In this document: one piece after another, positions 33,548 through 47,881 of the stretch
Layout: each line of letters starts with the position of its first letter
Numbering within the stretch: position 1 is the first letter of the stretch
NCBI RefSeq assembly: GCF_002854065.1
Contig: NZ_CP024147.1
Length of the DNA stretch: 64,000 nucleotides
DNA from: Escherichia coli
Lineage (GTDB): Bacteria > Pseudomonadota > Gammaproteobacteria > Enterobacterales > Enterobacteriaceae
Direction: 5' to 3' (one strand)
The notes under the pieces: generated by a model
The model's input: the letters and a program-made list of their open reading frames with translations, nothing else
Told to the model about the DNA's origin: nothing
Database searches by the model: none
Program-made: the position numbers and the translations under genes

Positions 33548-34984
33548 TCAGCGTTTGTAACCCCCGCCCAACGCACCAGTGAGTTGAATGGAGGCATCCA
33601 GCCACTGCCCTTGCAATAACAGGCCATTGGCCCGCTCACGCAGCGCGGGGATTCTGGCTTCGCTGACGCGGGAACCAGCAATGATGCCCGCGTTAAAGCG
33701 GGCCTGCGCAAGACCTACCACACGCAAGGCATCGCGCTCAATTTGCGCCTGATGCTGGTTTTTCTCCGCCAGTGTCTGAACCTGACTGGCTGCCCGCGCC
33801 ACGTCATTCACCGCTTCAACCACCGCTTTGTTGTAGCTGGCGATAGACAAGTTGCTTTCGGCTTTTGCGATATCGAGGTTGGCGTTAAGACGACCACTAT
33901 CGAAAATGGGTAGCGTCAGGCCTGCCGTAACGCCCATTTGCTGCGCGGAATGACGGAACAGATCGCTTAAGTGCAACGCATCCTGTTGCAGGAAGGCCAT
34001 CAGGTTGATGTCAGGATAAAATGCCGCTTTTGCCGCATCAATGGTGCTTAGCGATGACTCAACGTACCAGTGCGCCGCCTGCAAATCTGCCCGCCGGGCC
34101 AGTAAGGAGTACCCCAGTTCATCAGGAAGCTGGCTTGCCACTTTCGGCAACGCGACCGGTTTAAGCTTCAATGACTTTGTCTGGTGATTTGTAAGTGCGC
34201 TTAACCGTGCCTCAATAATTTTCATTTTCCCCGCGACATCGTTGAGCTGCTGCCGGGTTTTGCTGGCATTAATATCGGTTTCCACACCTTCAACTGAAGA
34301 AGTAATCCCGTTCTGATATAGCTGACGATCGGTCGCGATAATGGTGTTCTGCTCTTTTTCTATTTGCTGCAAGACCGTGTTTAACGCCGCCTGGGTTTGC
34401 CACTCCCAGTACAGGCGGGCTACGCTGCCAGCCAGCAATTGGCGGGTTTGCTCGCGTTCCGCCGCCCGTGCTTTAACCGTACCCAGGCGGGCAGTAACCT
34501 CCGCCCGATTCTTTCCCCAGATATCGAGATGCCAGCCCGCCGTTAAGCCAAAAGTTCCGTTGGTGTACCACGGACCGGTCGTACCTGCGGCCGGATCGTT
34601 CAGAGCAAACGGCCCCATTAGCCCTTCTGCCGACATTTTTTGCCGCTCCATATCCGCAGAAAAGTCGATCTGCGGACCATCCTGAGTGGCAATTGCCTTC
34701 GCCTGGGCTTCAGCTAGCTGAATGCGCTGTTCAGCCACCTGCATATCCGGTGCGTTCTGTAGTGCATTGTTAATTAATGAAGTGAGTTGATTATCGTGAT
34801 ACTCCAGCCACCATTGGCTGTCTGGCCAACCATTTTTCAGCGCCGTGGGTAATGCGGTGTCAACTTGTGCAGCGGGCGTTTGCTGGCTTAACGCCTGGCG
34901 GGTTTCATGCATAGGCGCACACCCGGTCAGCATCAGTAACAGCGGAAAACAGGCGATGGCTGGATAAAAGGAATCACGATTCAT
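33548..34984 (-). CDS. mdtQ: Outer-membrane efflux lipoprotein (NodT/OMF family); reading frame intact here
   Basis: Translation MNRDSFYPAIACFPLLLMLTGCAPMH... (lipobox LTGC); single uninterrupted 478-codon frame after start trimming. Confidence 0.8.
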   Translation of the reverse strand: MNRDSFYPAIACFPLLLMLTGCAPMHETRQALSQQTPAAQVDTALPTALKNGWPDSQWWLEYHDNQLTSLINNALQNAPDMQVAEQRIQLAEAQAKAIATQDGPQIDFSADMERQKMSAEGLMGPFALNDPAAGTTGPWYTNGTFGLTAGWHLDIWGKNRAEVTARLGTVKARAAEREQTRQLLAGSVARLYWEWQTQAALNTVLQQIEKEQNTIIATDRQLYQNGITSSVEGVETDINASKTRQQLNDVAGKMKIIEARLSALTNHQTKSLKLKPVALPKVASQLPDELGYSLLARRADLQAAHWYVESSLSTIDAAKAAFYPDINLMAFLQQDALHLSDLFRHSAQQMGVTAGLTLPIFDSGRLNANLDIAKAESNLSIASYNKAVVEAVNDVARAASQVQTLAEKNQHQAQIERDALRVVGLAQARFNAGIIAGSRVSEARIPALRERANGLLLQGQWLDASIQLTGALGGGYKR

Positions 34985-35207
34985 GGGGGAATAATCAGGT
35001 AAGAAAAGGTGCGCGGAGATTACCGTGTGTTGCGATATATTTTTTAGTTTCGCGTGGCAATACATCAGTAGCAATAAAACGACATATCCAGAAAAATATA
35101 CACTAAGTGAATGATATCTTCCGATTTATCTTAATCGTTTATGGATAACGGCAAAGGGCTTCGTTTTTTCCTATACTTATTCAGCACTCACAAATAAAGG
35201 AACGCCA

Positions 35208-35291
35208 ATGAAAATTATACTCTGGGCTGTATTGATTATTTTCCTGATTGGGCTACTGGTGGTGACTGGCGTATTTAAGATGATATTTTAA
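35208..35291 (+). CDS. yohP: Small membrane protein (27 aa)
   Basis: ATG at 35208 preceded by aaagg; translation MKIILWAVLIIFLIGLLVVTGVFKMIF* recognised as YohP. Confidence 0.75.
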   Translation: MKIILWAVLIIFLIGLLVVTGVFKMIF

Positions 35292-35359
35292 AAATCAGAT
35301 ATGACATATAAGTTGTCAGGTCAGGAACTAGATATTTTGTGTACTTGATTTGCAAACAG

Positions 35360-35620
35360 CTCCGGTGTTGGTGGCGTCAAAATCGCTGAAGCGTTCCCCG
35401 AAGGCCGGGGCAGCCCACATGGATGTGGGCTGAGGGCGCGTCTTACAAGGACGTTTCCTCGCGCCCGACCCGGTAGCCGAAGGGGATAAGCTGAAGGTAC
35501 CGCGCAGCGGCGATTTTGTTCGCCAGAGCCCGGGGGTGCAGGGGGAGGAGGCGATTGTCCTCCCCCTGCGCGCTCCTTGCGCCAGTGGCAATATGTGGCT
35601 TAGCTCATGAAAGGAGCGCA
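35360..35620. other. GC-rich, hairpin-rich intergenic element of unassigned function between yohP and dusC
   Basis: Perfect inverted repeats cagcccacat/atgtgggctg (35411-35432), gcagggggagga/tcctccccctgc (35538-35569) and gcgctcctt/aaggagcgc (35570-35578 / 35611-35619); composition unlike flanking DNA. Confidence 0.4.
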
Positions 35621-35678
35621 ACAAGATGATGAAGCTGAATAAGCGATTCATTGTCTCTGATAAACTGCGATTCCACTA

Positions 35679-36629
35679 TTATCGCAGCTTATCGATATCA
35701 ATTGCCTGAATAGCCCTTGCAATATCATGGGAATTATTCAACACCCGAACATGCTGAAATAATTCCGTTGCTTCATCGTATTCTTTACGCAAATAACCCA
35801 ACCACTGTTTAATCCGCGCTACGTGATATAACCCGGTATCGCCCTGCTTTTCCAGACGGGTATATTTTTGCAGCAAAGCAACCACCTCCGGCCACGGCAT
35901 TCGCGGTTCGTTATATTTTACCACCCGGCTCAGGTTGGGAATATTGAGCGCCCCGCGACCAATCATCACTGCGTCGCAGCCGCTGATCGCCATGCATTGT
36001 TGCGCACTCTGCCAGTCCCAGATTTCACCGTTGGCAATCACCGGAATATTCAGCCGCTGGCGAATATCGCCAATCGCCTGCCAGTCAATATGCTCCGCGC
36101 GGTAACCCTGCTCTTTTGTCCGCCCATGCACCACCAGCTCCGTAGCGCCAGCCTGTTGAACCGCATCGGCGATTTCAAATTTCTTCTCACCGCTGTCCCA
36201 GCCCAGACGCACTTTCACGCTGACGGGCAAATGCGCCGGTACAGCTTCACGCATCGCTTTTGCCCCCTGGTAGATGAGTTCAGGATCTTTGAGTAACGTC
36301 GCGCCGCCGCCGCTACCGTTAACCGTTTTTGACGGGCAGCCGCAATTGAGATCCACGCCCCAGGAACCTAACTCCACCGCACGGGCGGCGTTCTCTGCCA
36401 ACCATTGCGGGAACTGGCCTAACAACTGCACGCGCACCAGCGTACCGGATGGTGTCCGGCTGGCGTTTTGTAGCTCAGGGCAAATGCGATGAAAGACTTT
36501 TACCGGCAGCAGTTGATCCACCACGCGGACGAACTCGGAGATGCACAGATCGTAGTCGTTAACTTCGGTCAGCAATTCACGCACCAGAGAGTCAAGCACT
36601 CCCTCCATCGGTGCCAGTAACACACGCAT
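35679..36629 (-). CDS. dusC: tRNA-dihydrouridine synthase C
   Basis: Translation [37 protein letters not shown]...; start trimmed from the 338-aa ORF. Confidence 0.9.
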   Translation of the reverse strand: MRVLLAPMEGVLDSLVRELLTEVNDYDLCISEFVRVVDQLLPVKVFHRICPELQNASRTPSGTLVRVQLLGQFPQWLAENAARAVELGSWGVDLNCGCPSKTVNGSGGGATLLKDPELIYQGAKAMREAVPAHLPVSVKVRLGWDSGEKKFEIADAVQQAGATELVVHGRTKEQGYRAEHIDWQAIGDIRQRLNIPVIANGEIWDWQSAQQCMAISGCDAVMIGRGALNIPNLSRVVKYNEPRMPWPEVVALLQKYTRLEKQGDTGLYHVARIKQWLGYLRKEYDEATELFQHVRVLNNSHDIARAIQAIDIDKLR

Positions 36630-36831
36630 ATCATCACCCGCAAAAAAATGAGGCGCTATGTTAGCGCCTATGGTCAGCGGATTAAAGGTCTGCAAAGAGG
36701 GATTGCTGCAAACTGCAATCCCTCTCTATGCTTGATGTATGCCTGAGTTCGCTGCTCATTGCGTAATACCGGGGAGCGAAAAAATAAGCGCTGATTTCTT
36801 AATGTGATCGGTAGCACGTTTTACGAATTAA

Positions 36832-37958
<1,127 letters not shown>

Positions 37959-37959
37959 A

Positions 37960-38035
37960 ATTTGCGATGCGTCGCGCATTTTTGATGTGAGTTTCACGCG
38001 TTGCATAATTAATGAGATTCAGATCACATATAAAG
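37960..38035 (+). promoter_or_regulatory. cdd promoter region with tandem CRP sites (CytR-regulated)
   Basis: tgcgatgcgtcgcgca (37963-37978) and tgagattcagatcaca (38013-38028) resemble the CRP-2 and CRP-1 sites of the cdd promoter as recalled. Confidence 0.6.
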
Positions 38036-38087
38036 CCATAACGGGTTCGTAAACTGTTATCACATTACATGATTATGAGGCAACGCC

Positions 38088-40083
<1,996 letters not shown>

Positions 40084-40276
40084 TATTTTCTCTTTTCTGT
40101 TAATTATTGAGAATAATTATTACTTCACTCAATAAGCTGCGGATATAACATTCTGAACCGCAGCTATTTGTGAATCCTTTCACAGTTTAAATTTCCCCAC
40201 GCGCATAGCCTTAATATCAGCACGCAATATTTATTTAGCGTTCGCCTTAATTACTCATAGCATTAAGGAAGATCAC

Positions 40277-41515
40277 ATGTCGCAACAAAATTATCTGGAT
40301 GAACTCACTCCGGCTTTTACGCCGTTACTGGCGATTAAAGAAGCCTCTCGCTGTTTATTATGTCACGACGCTCCCTGTAGTCAGGCTTGCCCGGCACAGA
40401 CCGATCCGGGGAAATTTATTCGCTCAATCTACTTTCGTAATTTTAAAGGCGCTGCCGAGACAATTCGCGAAAATAATGCCCTCGGTGCCGTTTGTGCCAG
40501 AGTGTGCCCGACGGAGAAATTATGCCAAAGCGGTTGTACCCGTGCCGGTGTTGATGCTCCCATTGATATCGGCCGCTTACAGCGTTTTGTTACTGATTTT
40601 GAACAACAAACCGGGATGGAAATTTATCAGCCCGGTACTAAAACGCTCGGCAAAGTCGCGATTATTGGCGCAGGTCCTGCCGGATTGCAGGCCAGTGTGA
40701 CACTGACAAACCAGGGTTATGACGTCACGATTTATGAGAAAGAAGCGCACCCCGGTGGCTGGTTGCGTAACGGTATTCCGCAATTCCGGTTACCGCAATC
40801 AGTGCTGGATGCAGAGATCGCCCGTATTGAAAAAATGGGCGTGACCATTAAGTGCAATAACGAAATCGGTAAAACACTCACCCTGGAGCAACTGAAAGCG
40901 GAAAACCGCGCGGTACTGGTCACCGTGGGGTTATCAAGCGGTTCCGGGCTACCGCTGTTTGAGCATAGCGACGTTGAGATTGCCGTCGACTTCCTGCAAC
41001 GCGCACGACAGGCGCAAGGCGATATCAGCATTCCACAAAGCGCATTAATTATCGGCGGCGGTGATGTCGCGATGGACGTAGCCAGCACGCTGAAAGTTCT
41101 CGGCTGTCAGGCGGTAACTTGCGTAGCGCGTGAAGAGTTAGATGAGTTTCCGGCAAGCGAAAAAGAGTTTGCCTGCGCCCGGGAGCTGGGCGTTTCGATC
41201 ATCGATGGATTCACGCCAGTAGCCGTGGAAGGCAATAAAGTCACGTTTAAGCATGTACGGTTATCGGGCGAAGTGACGATGGTGGCAGATAAAATTATTC
41301 TCGCCGTCGGTCAGCATGCCAGACTGGATGCCTTTGCGGAGTTAGAGCCGCAGCGTAACACCATCAAAACACAAAATTATCAGACCCGCGATCCGCAAGT
41401 CTTTGCTGCTGGCGATATTGTTGAGGGTGACAAAACCGTGGTCTATGCCGTGAAAACCGGGAAAGAAGCCGCCGAGGCGATTCATTACTATTTAGAGGGA
41501 GCTTGCTCATGTTAA
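40277..41515 (+). CDS. preT: NAD-dependent dihydropyrimidine dehydrogenase subunit PreT
   Basis: 412-aa ORF with Fe-S Cys cluster near N-terminus and FAD/NAD Rossmann motif [11 protein letters not shown]. Confidence 0.9.
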   Translation: MSQQNYLDELTPAFTPLLAIKEASRCLLCHDAPCSQACPAQTDPGKFIRSIYFRNFKGAAETIRENNALGAVCARVCPTEKLCQSGCTRAGVDAPIDIGRLQRFVTDFEQQTGMEIYQPGTKTLGKVAIIGAGPAGLQASVTLTNQGYDVTIYEKEAHPGGWLRNGIPQFRLPQSVLDAEIARIEKMGVTIKCNNEIGKTLTLEQLKAENRAVLVTVGLSSGSGLPLFEHSDVEIAVDFLQRARQAQGDISIPQSALIIGGGDVAMDVASTLKVLGCQAVTCVAREELDEFPASEKEFACARELGVSIIDGFTPVAVEGNKVTFKHVRLSGEVTMVADKIILAVGQHARLDAFAELEPQRNTIKTQNYQTRDPQVFAAGDIVEGDKTVVYAVKTGKEAAEAIHYYLEGACSC

Positions 41516-42744
41516 CGAAAGATCTTTCGATTACTTTTTGCGGCGTGAAGTTTCCCAACCCGTTCTGCCTCTCTTCTTCGCCGGTAGGCAACTGCTATGA
41601 GATGTGTGCCAAAGCCTACGACACAGGTTGGGGCGGTGTGGTGTTTAAAACGATCGGCTTTTTTATCGCCAACGAAGTCTCGCCGCGTTTTGATCATCTG
41701 GTGAAAGAAGATACCGGTTTTATCGGCTTCAAAAATATGGAGCAGATTGCTGAACATCCGTTGGAAGAGAATCTGGCCGCCCTGCGTCGGCTGAAGGAAG
41801 ATTATCCGGACAAAGTATTGATCGCTTCGATCATGGGGGAAAATGAGCAGCAATGGGAGGAGCTGGCGCGCCTGGTGCAAGAAGCTGGCGCGGATATGAT
41901 CGAGTGTAACTTCTCCTGTCCGCAAATGACTTCTCATGCGATGGGTAGCGATGTCGGGCAAAGCCCGGAGCTGGTAGAAAAATATTGTCGGGCAGTGAAA
42001 TGGGGTTCCACGCTGCCAATGCTGGCGAAGATGACGCCGAATATCGGTGATATGTGCGAAGTGGCGCTGGCGGCGAAGCGCGGCGGCGCAGATGGCATTG
42101 CGGCGATTAACACCGTTAAATCCATCACCAATATCGATCTTAATCAGAAAATCGGTATGCCGATCGTTAACGGAAAATCGAGTATTTCCGGATATTCCGG
42201 TAAAGCGGTAAAACCGATCGCCCTGCGCTTCATTCAGCAAATGCGCACCCATCCAGAACTGCGCGATTTCCCAATCAGCGGTATCGGCGGCATTGAAACC
42301 TGGGAGGATGCGGCGGAGTTTTTATTGCTCGGCGCAGCAACGTTACAGGTCACCACCGGCATTATGCAGTACGGCTATCGCATCGTAGAAGATATGGCGA
42401 GCGGGTTATCGCATTATCTCGCCGATCAGGGATTTGATTCGTTGCAGGAGATGGTAGGTCTGGCGAATAACAATATTGTCCCGGCGGAAGATTTAGACCG
42501 CAGTTATATTGTCTATCCCCGTATCAATCTTGATAAATGTGTTGGCTGTGGACGCTGTTATATTTCCTGTTACGACGGCGGTCACCAGGCGATGGAATGG
42601 AGCGAGAAAACCCGCACACCGCATTGTAATACCGAGAAATGTGTGGGTTGTCTGCTTTGTGGTCACGTCTGCCCGGTGGGTTGTATTGAGCTCGGGGAAG
42701 TGAAGTTTAAGAAGGGAGAGAAAGAACACCCGGTAACGTTGTAA
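41509..42744 (+). CDS. preA: NAD-dependent dihydropyrimidine dehydrogenase subunit PreA
   Basis: Translation [28 protein letters not shown]... (dihydroorotate-DH-like fold) with C-terminal 4Fe-4S ferredoxin motifs CVGCGRC and CVGCLLC; overlaps preT. Confidence 0.9.
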   Translation: MLTKDLSITFCGVKFPNPFCLSSSPVGNCYEMCAKAYDTGWGGVVFKTIGFFIANEVSPRFDHLVKEDTGFIGFKNMEQIAEHPLEENLAALRRLKEDYPDKVLIASIMGENEQQWEELARLVQEAGADMIECNFSCPQMTSHAMGSDVGQSPELVEKYCRAVKWGSTLPMLAKMTPNIGDMCEVALAAKRGGADGIAAINTVKSITNIDLNQKIGMPIVNGKSSISGYSGKAVKPIALRFIQQMRTHPELRDFPISGIGGIETWEDAAEFLLLGAATLQVTTGIMQYGYRIVEDMASGLSHYLADQGFDSLQEMVGLANNNIVPAEDLDRSYIVYPRINLDKCVGCGRCYISCYDGGHQAMEWSEKTRTPHCNTEKCVGCLLCGHVCPVGCIELGEVKFKKGEKEHPVTL

Positions 42745-42751
42745 AACCAGA

Positions 42752-42802
42752 GACGCATCCGGCATTTGGCACCGATTGCCGGATGCAGCGCATCCGGCAA
42801 TA
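42752..42802. repeat. REP elements between preA and mglC
   Basis: gacgcatccggcatttggcaccgattgccggatgcagcgcatccggcaata contains REP-type palindromes. Confidence 0.65.
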
Positions 42803-42814
42803 TCCGCAATCACA

Positions 42815-43825
42815 TCACTTCTTACGCGCGTATTTCAGTGAATCCAGCGCTACGGCGAAGATAATAATCGCCCCTTTGATGATGTACTGCCAGTATGGGT
42901 TTACGCCGATATACGTCAGGCCATAGTTGATGACGGTAAAAATAATTACCCCGGTCACCACGCCAATCACCGTCCCCACACCGCCGCTGAACGATACACC
43001 GCCTACCACGCACGCCGCGATAGCATCCAGTTCATACATAAAGCCGAGGTTGTTGGTGGCAGAGCCGATACGTCCGGCTTCTAACATCCCGCCGAAGGCA
43101 TAGAACACACCAGACAACGCGTAGATCATCAGCAGGTTCAGGCCGACGTTGACACCAGATACTTTTGCCGCTTCCGGGTTACCGCCAATGGCAAAAATGT
43201 TCTTACCGAAGCGGGTTTTGTTCCACAACACCCAGACGAACGCCACCGCAATCAACGCGTAGAAGGTGATGTAAGAGAGACGGAAACTCCCCAGTGCGAC
43301 AAAGCCCTGAGCAAAGGTAGAGAAGCCACTGTCAAAACCAGAAATTGGCGACGCCCCGACAAAGTCGTAATAGAGCGAGTTGATGCCATAGACGATGATC
43401 ATCGTGCCGAGCGTGGTAATGAACGGCGTCACGTTGAGATAAGCGATAATCAGACCGTTGATCAAACCGATCACCGCACCAATGGCACAGACAATCAGAA
43501 TAACCAGCGCAATCGGCATCGTCGCCATTTCCGGGAACACTTTGTTGGCGTTATCCATGGACTGCAATAATGTCGCTGCCACCACTGCCGCCAGCCCTAC
43601 TTGACGCCCCGCAGAAAGGTCGGTCCCCTGGGTGACAATTAACCCTGCCACACCGAGCGCGATAATAATACGCACCGATGACTGGGTGAGAATATTACTT
43701 AAGTTCAACAGAGTTAAAAATGTTGGGTCCTGGAAAATAATAATCGCCAGCAAAACTAAAAGAACGACGTAAATACCGCCCTCTTTCAGGTAAGTAAGAA
43801 AACTTTTCTTATTTAACGCACTCAT
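42815..43825 (-). CDS. mglC: Galactose/methyl-galactoside ABC transporter permease
   Basis: 336-aa polytopic ORF MSALNKKSFLTYLKEGGIYVVLLVLLAIIIF... Confidence 0.9.
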   Translation of the reverse strand: MSALNKKSFLTYLKEGGIYVVLLVLLAIIIFQDPTFLTLLNLSNILTQSSVRIIIALGVAGLIVTQGTDLSAGRQVGLAAVVAATLLQSMDNANKVFPEMATMPIALVILIVCAIGAVIGLINGLIIAYLNVTPFITTLGTMIIVYGINSLYYDFVGASPISGFDSGFSTFAQGFVALGSFRLSYITFYALIAVAFVWVLWNKTRFGKNIFAIGGNPEAAKVSGVNVGLNLLMIYALSGVFYAFGGMLEAGRIGSATNNLGFMYELDAIAACVVGGVSFSGGVGTVIGVVTGVIIFTVINYGLTYIGVNPYWQYIIKGAIIIFAVALDSLKYARKK

Positions 43826-43840
43826 GGGAAGCCCCTAATC

Positions 43841-45361
43841 TTAAAGGTGCAAAGACGCAAGACGCAGAATTTCGTTTTGCGTTGTTGTTTTTGTGTCGAC
43901 AATTCCGGAAACGAGACCGTTGCTCATGACCAGAATACGGTCTGTTATCCCTAACAACTCAGGCATTTCAGAGGAGATAATAATAATCCCTTTGCCTTTC
44001 TTCGCCAGTTCGGCAATTAACTGATAGATCTCAAACTTCGCCCCGACATCAATACCGCGCGTCGGTTCATCGAGCATTAATATTTCCGGTTGCGTTAGTA
44101 GCCAGCGCCCAATAATCACCTTTTGCTGATTACCACCTGAGAGCGAACCAATTTGCGTCCGATGCCCCGGTGTTTTTACCCGCATCGAATCAATCACCCA
44201 CTGGGTATCGCTTTTCATCCGCGAGTTATCCAGTAAACCAACTTTATTTTTGTAGTTGCGAATATTGGAAATTAACGAGTTAAAACCGATATCCAGATAG
44301 GCATAAATTCCCGTTGAGCGGCGCTCCTCAGTTACCAGAGCAAATCCGTGGTTTATGGCTTCATTGGCATTATGGTTATTGATCTTTTTGCCGTGCAACG
44401 TAATGGTGCCAGCCGATTTCTCGCGAATACCAAATAACGTCTCAACAATATCGGTACGTTTCGCCCCCACCAGCCCGGCAATACCGAGGATCTCCCCTTT
44501 ATGCAGATCAAACGAGACATCACGGATCGACGGCTGGCGCAGTGACGTCAGGTTACGCACCTCGAGGATGACTTCGCCCGGCTTGTTTTCTTTGTCAGGG
44601 AAACGCTGGTTAAGAGAACGCCCAACCATCATGGCGATAATCTTGTCCATCGTCAGCCCTGCCAGCGGTTCGGTGGCGATCCACTGACCGTCGCGCAATA
44701 CGGTAACTTCATCACATAACTGGAAGATTTCTTCCATTTTATGCGAGATATAAACAATACCGCAGCCGCGCTCTTTTAATTTACGAATAATAGTGAACAG
44801 ATGATTGACCTCTTTTTCGGTTAACGAAGAAGTCGGTTCATCCATAATCACAATTTTCGCGTTATAGGAAAACGCTTTGGCGATTTCGATCATCTGCATT
44901 TGCGAAACAGATAATGTGCCGACGCGCGCACGCGGATCGATATCAATATCCAGTTCATCAAAAATCGCTTTGGTTTCGCGGTACATTTTGTCCTGATCGA
45001 CAAACATGCCTTTGGTGGGGTATCGCCCAAGCCACATGTTGTCCATCACCGAACGTTGTAATACCAGGTTTAACTCCTGGTGTACCATCGAAATACCATT
45101 TTCCAGTGCTTCTTTGGCCGAATGGAAATCGATCTCTTTACCCTGGAATAAAATGGTGCCGGAGTCTTTTTGATAAATTCCAAACAGGCATTTTAATAAT
45201 GTTGATTTTCCTGCGCCGTTTTCCCCCATTAATGCATGGATAGAATGTGGCCGGACTTTTAAATTAACGTTATCAAGTGCCTTAACACCAGGAAAAGACT
45301 TGTTGATACCGCTCATTTCCAACAAGTATTCCCCGGAAGACGGAGTCGTTGAGCTGACCAT
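43841..45361 (-). CDS. mglA: Galactose/methyl-galactoside ABC transporter ATP-binding protein
   Basis: 506-aa ORF with duplicated ABC ATPase domains (GENGAGKST Walker A and signature motifs). Confidence 0.9.
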   Translation of the reverse strand: MVSSTTPSSGEYLLEMSGINKSFPGVKALDNVNLKVRPHSIHALMGENGAGKSTLLKCLFGIYQKDSGTILFQGKEIDFHSAKEALENGISMVHQELNLVLQRSVMDNMWLGRYPTKGMFVDQDKMYRETKAIFDELDIDIDPRARVGTLSVSQMQMIEIAKAFSYNAKIVIMDEPTSSLTEKEVNHLFTIIRKLKERGCGIVYISHKMEEIFQLCDEVTVLRDGQWIATEPLAGLTMDKIIAMMVGRSLNQRFPDKENKPGEVILEVRNLTSLRQPSIRDVSFDLHKGEILGIAGLVGAKRTDIVETLFGIREKSAGTITLHGKKINNHNANEAINHGFALVTEERRSTGIYAYLDIGFNSLISNIRNYKNKVGLLDNSRMKSDTQWVIDSMRVKTPGHRTQIGSLSGGNQQKVIIGRWLLTQPEILMLDEPTRGIDVGAKFEIYQLIAELAKKGKGIIIISSEMPELLGITDRILVMSNGLVSGIVDTKTTTQNEILRLASLHL

Positions 45362-45421
45362 ATAATTTTACCTTGTTGGCCATACAATAAGGGCGCAGTA
45401 ATAGACTGCGCCCAATCAGTC

Positions 45422-46420
45422 TTATTTCTTGCTGAATTCAGCCAGGTTGTCTTTATCTACGCCAACATAAGGTACGCGGACCACTTTGTTGTCGATTTTC
45501 CAGTTGGTGCCATCAGCCGCACCTTTACCATCGGCCAGGTTTTTCGCCAGATCAAAGGTCGCTTTCGCCTGGTTGTTAGCATCGTTCAGTACGGTGCCCG
45601 CCAGTGCACCGGATTTCACCAGCGCCAGCGCTTCTGGCAGAGCATCGACGCCAAACACCGGAATGCTGGACTTGTTGTGTGCTTTCAGCGCTTCAACCGC
45701 GCCCATTGCCATCGCATCGTTGTTGGCGATAACCACTTCGATTTTGTTGGCGTTCGGGCCAGACAGCCAGGCGTCCATCTTATCTTTCGCCTGAGCGGTA
45801 TCCCACATAGCGGTATCTAACTGTAACTGTTCAGTTTTGATGCCTTTATCGTTCAATTCTTTAATCACGTAAGTGGTACGTGCTTCTGCATCCGGATGAC
45901 CCGGTTCACCTTTCAGCAGTACGAACTGAATCTGACCGTCTTTGTTCAGATCCCAACCCTGATTCGCCGCCCAGTGTTTAGCAATCAAATCGCCCTGAAT
46001 AATGCCGGACTCTTTGGAGTCAGTGCCAACGTAGTAGGCTTTGTCGTAGCTATCCAGCGCCTTACGAGACGGTTCTTTGTTGAAGAAAACCACCGGCACA
46101 TTTTGCCCACGCGCTTTCTCAATCACCGTACCCGCAGCTGCCGGGTCAACCAGGTTGATTGCCAGTGCCTTCACCCCTTTCGCCAGCAATACGTCGATCT
46201 GATCGTTCTGCTTGGACTGGTCATTCTGTGAATCATTCATCAGCAGCTGAACATCTGGCGCGGCTTTCGCATCTTGCTCAATAGCCTTGCGCACTACAGA
46301 CATAAAGTTATCGTCGTACTTATAGATTGTTACACCAATGCGAGTATCAGCAGCGTGTGCAGCGGCACCGAATAACATGCTGGCCATCACAGCAGACAGG
46401 GTTAACACCTTTTTATTCAT
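45422..46420 (-). CDS. mglB: Periplasmic D-galactose/D-glucose-binding protein
   Basis: 332-aa ORF with signal peptide [30 protein letters not shown]... Confidence 0.9.
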   Translation of the reverse strand: MNKKVLTLSAVMASMLFGAAAHAADTRIGVTIYKYDDNFMSVVRKAIEQDAKAAPDVQLLMNDSQNDQSKQNDQIDVLLAKGVKALAINLVDPAAAGTVIEKARGQNVPVVFFNKEPSRKALDSYDKAYYVGTDSKESGIIQGDLIAKHWAANQGWDLNKDGQIQFVLLKGEPGHPDAEARTTYVIKELNDKGIKTEQLQLDTAMWDTAQAKDKMDAWLSGPNANKIEVVIANNDAMAMGAVEALKAHNKSSIPVFGVDALPEALALVKSGALAGTVLNDANNQAKATFDLAKNLADGKGAADGTNWKIDNKVVRVPYVGVDKDNLAEFSKK

Positions 46421-46670
46421 GGTATCTCCGGTTTTTCTTATGCAGTGTAGTGCTTGAGATAAATGCTCGGCGGGGCAGTAGAGTTAATGAAGTGTTACTG
46501 AACGCCGAAGCTCACTTTTTAAAATTCGTTCTTCCATGCCCGGTAACGCTCCAGAAAACGGCTTTAATTGTTGTTATGACGCTATTACCTCGGTGAAAGT
46601 GATTATTCACTGTTACATACGGGTTACAACGTTAAAACGGTGCGATCATAGCTATCACATTGTTAAGATA

Positions 46671-46688
46671 CTGTGAAATCACTCACAG
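46671..46688. promoter_or_regulatory. CRP-consensus palindrome in the galS-mglB intergenic region
   Basis: tgtgaaatcactcaca = TGTGA-N6-TCACA, a perfect match to the CRP half-sites. Confidence 0.55.
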
Positions 46689-46699
46689 ATTGAAAGCGG

Positions 46700-47740
46700 T
46701 TACATCGCCTGATTTGTTGAGTTAGTGATCGCCGCCGCATTCTGGCGTGTTGCGACAGAATGGCGACGCACTAACGTCGGCATAAAACAGTGGCTGGCAC
46801 GAGGATCAATATTGCCTGCTGCCCCCTGCAAGGCCAGTTCGGTGGCTAATTTCGCCATTGAAGCAATGGGATAACGCACGGTCGTTAATTGCGGGTCGGT
46901 GTAACGGGCGATGGGAATATCATCGAAACCGATGATTGAGAGATGTAACGGAATCGCAATGCCATTATCTTTTAATGCTGTCAGTGCGCCAGCGGCCATA
47001 TTGTCGTTATAAGCAAATACAGCGGTAAGTTGTAGATTGCGCCCCAGCAGTTCAACCATCGCCGCCTCACCGCCCGGCATGTCCGGCGTGCCAGTGCCAA
47101 TCCAGCTTTCCGGCGGAATAATATCCTGCTCTTTCAACGCACTCATCCAACCTGCTTTACGCATGGCGTCATCTTCAATGCCGTGGCTGGAAGAAAGATA
47201 ACCAATACGTTGATGACCGTTATTCAGCAACATGCGCGTCGCCATTCGGGCACCGCTGAGATTATCCAGGCAAACGCAACGATGGGCGTACCCCGGCACA
47301 ACGCGGTTGATTAACACCATACCGGGAATGTTATCCATAAATTGCGCCAGTTCATCGTCACTCAATGCTTTTGAATGAACAATCAACGCATTACAACGCT
47401 GGCGAATTAACACCTCAATGGCGTGACGCTCTTTTTCCGCTTCATGATAGCTATTGCCGATTAGCACGTATTTCTGATGCTGCTGAGCGACCAGATCCAC
47501 CGCTTTTACCAGCGCGCCGAAAAACGCATCAGAAACGTCCATCACCACCACGCCAATGGTGTCGCTAACCTGAGTTGCCAGCGCCTGGGCATTGGCGTTT
47601 GGCCGATAATCCAGCTCACTCACGGCTTTCATTACTGCTTCACGCGTATCGGCACTGACCAGCGTGCTGTTATTGAGCACCCGGGAAACCGTTGCCACAG
47701 AGACGCCAGCCTGACGCGCTACATCACGAATGGTGATCAT
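46700..47740 (-). CDS. galS: LacI/GalR-family repressor (mgl/gal isorepressor)
   Basis: Translation [40 protein letters not shown]...; 346 aa after start trimming. Confidence 0.9.
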   Translation of the reverse strand: MITIRDVARQAGVSVATVSRVLNNSTLVSADTREAVMKAVSELDYRPNANAQALATQVSDTIGVVVMDVSDAFFGALVKAVDLVAQQHQKYVLIGNSYHEAEKERHAIEVLIRQRCNALIVHSKALSDDELAQFMDNIPGMVLINRVVPGYAHRCVCLDNLSGARMATRMLLNNGHQRIGYLSSSHGIEDDAMRKAGWMSALKEQDIIPPESWIGTGTPDMPGGEAAMVELLGRNLQLTAVFAYNDNMAAGALTALKDNGIAIPLHLSIIGFDDIPIARYTDPQLTTVRYPIASMAKLATELALQGAAGNIDPRASHCFMPTLVRRHSVATRQNAAAITNSTNQAM

Positions 47741-47881
47741 ATTCACTACCTGTTATGAGATTGCAGTAAATGACTGCTTGCTGGCGGCTATTTTGTCAGC
47801 ACTGAATACAGGACTTCGTGAATCGAGTCACAGCAATGGAAACGGTTACAGCCGTTTTGTTAACGAATGTGATCCAGATCG

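Noticed and set aside
35328-35651. 107-aa minus-strand ORF spanning the GC-rich element between yohP and dusC
   Set aside because: Low-complexity Pro/Arg/Ser-rich translation with no ribosome-binding site and no recognisable fold. Most likely an artefact of the GC-rich palindromic element.
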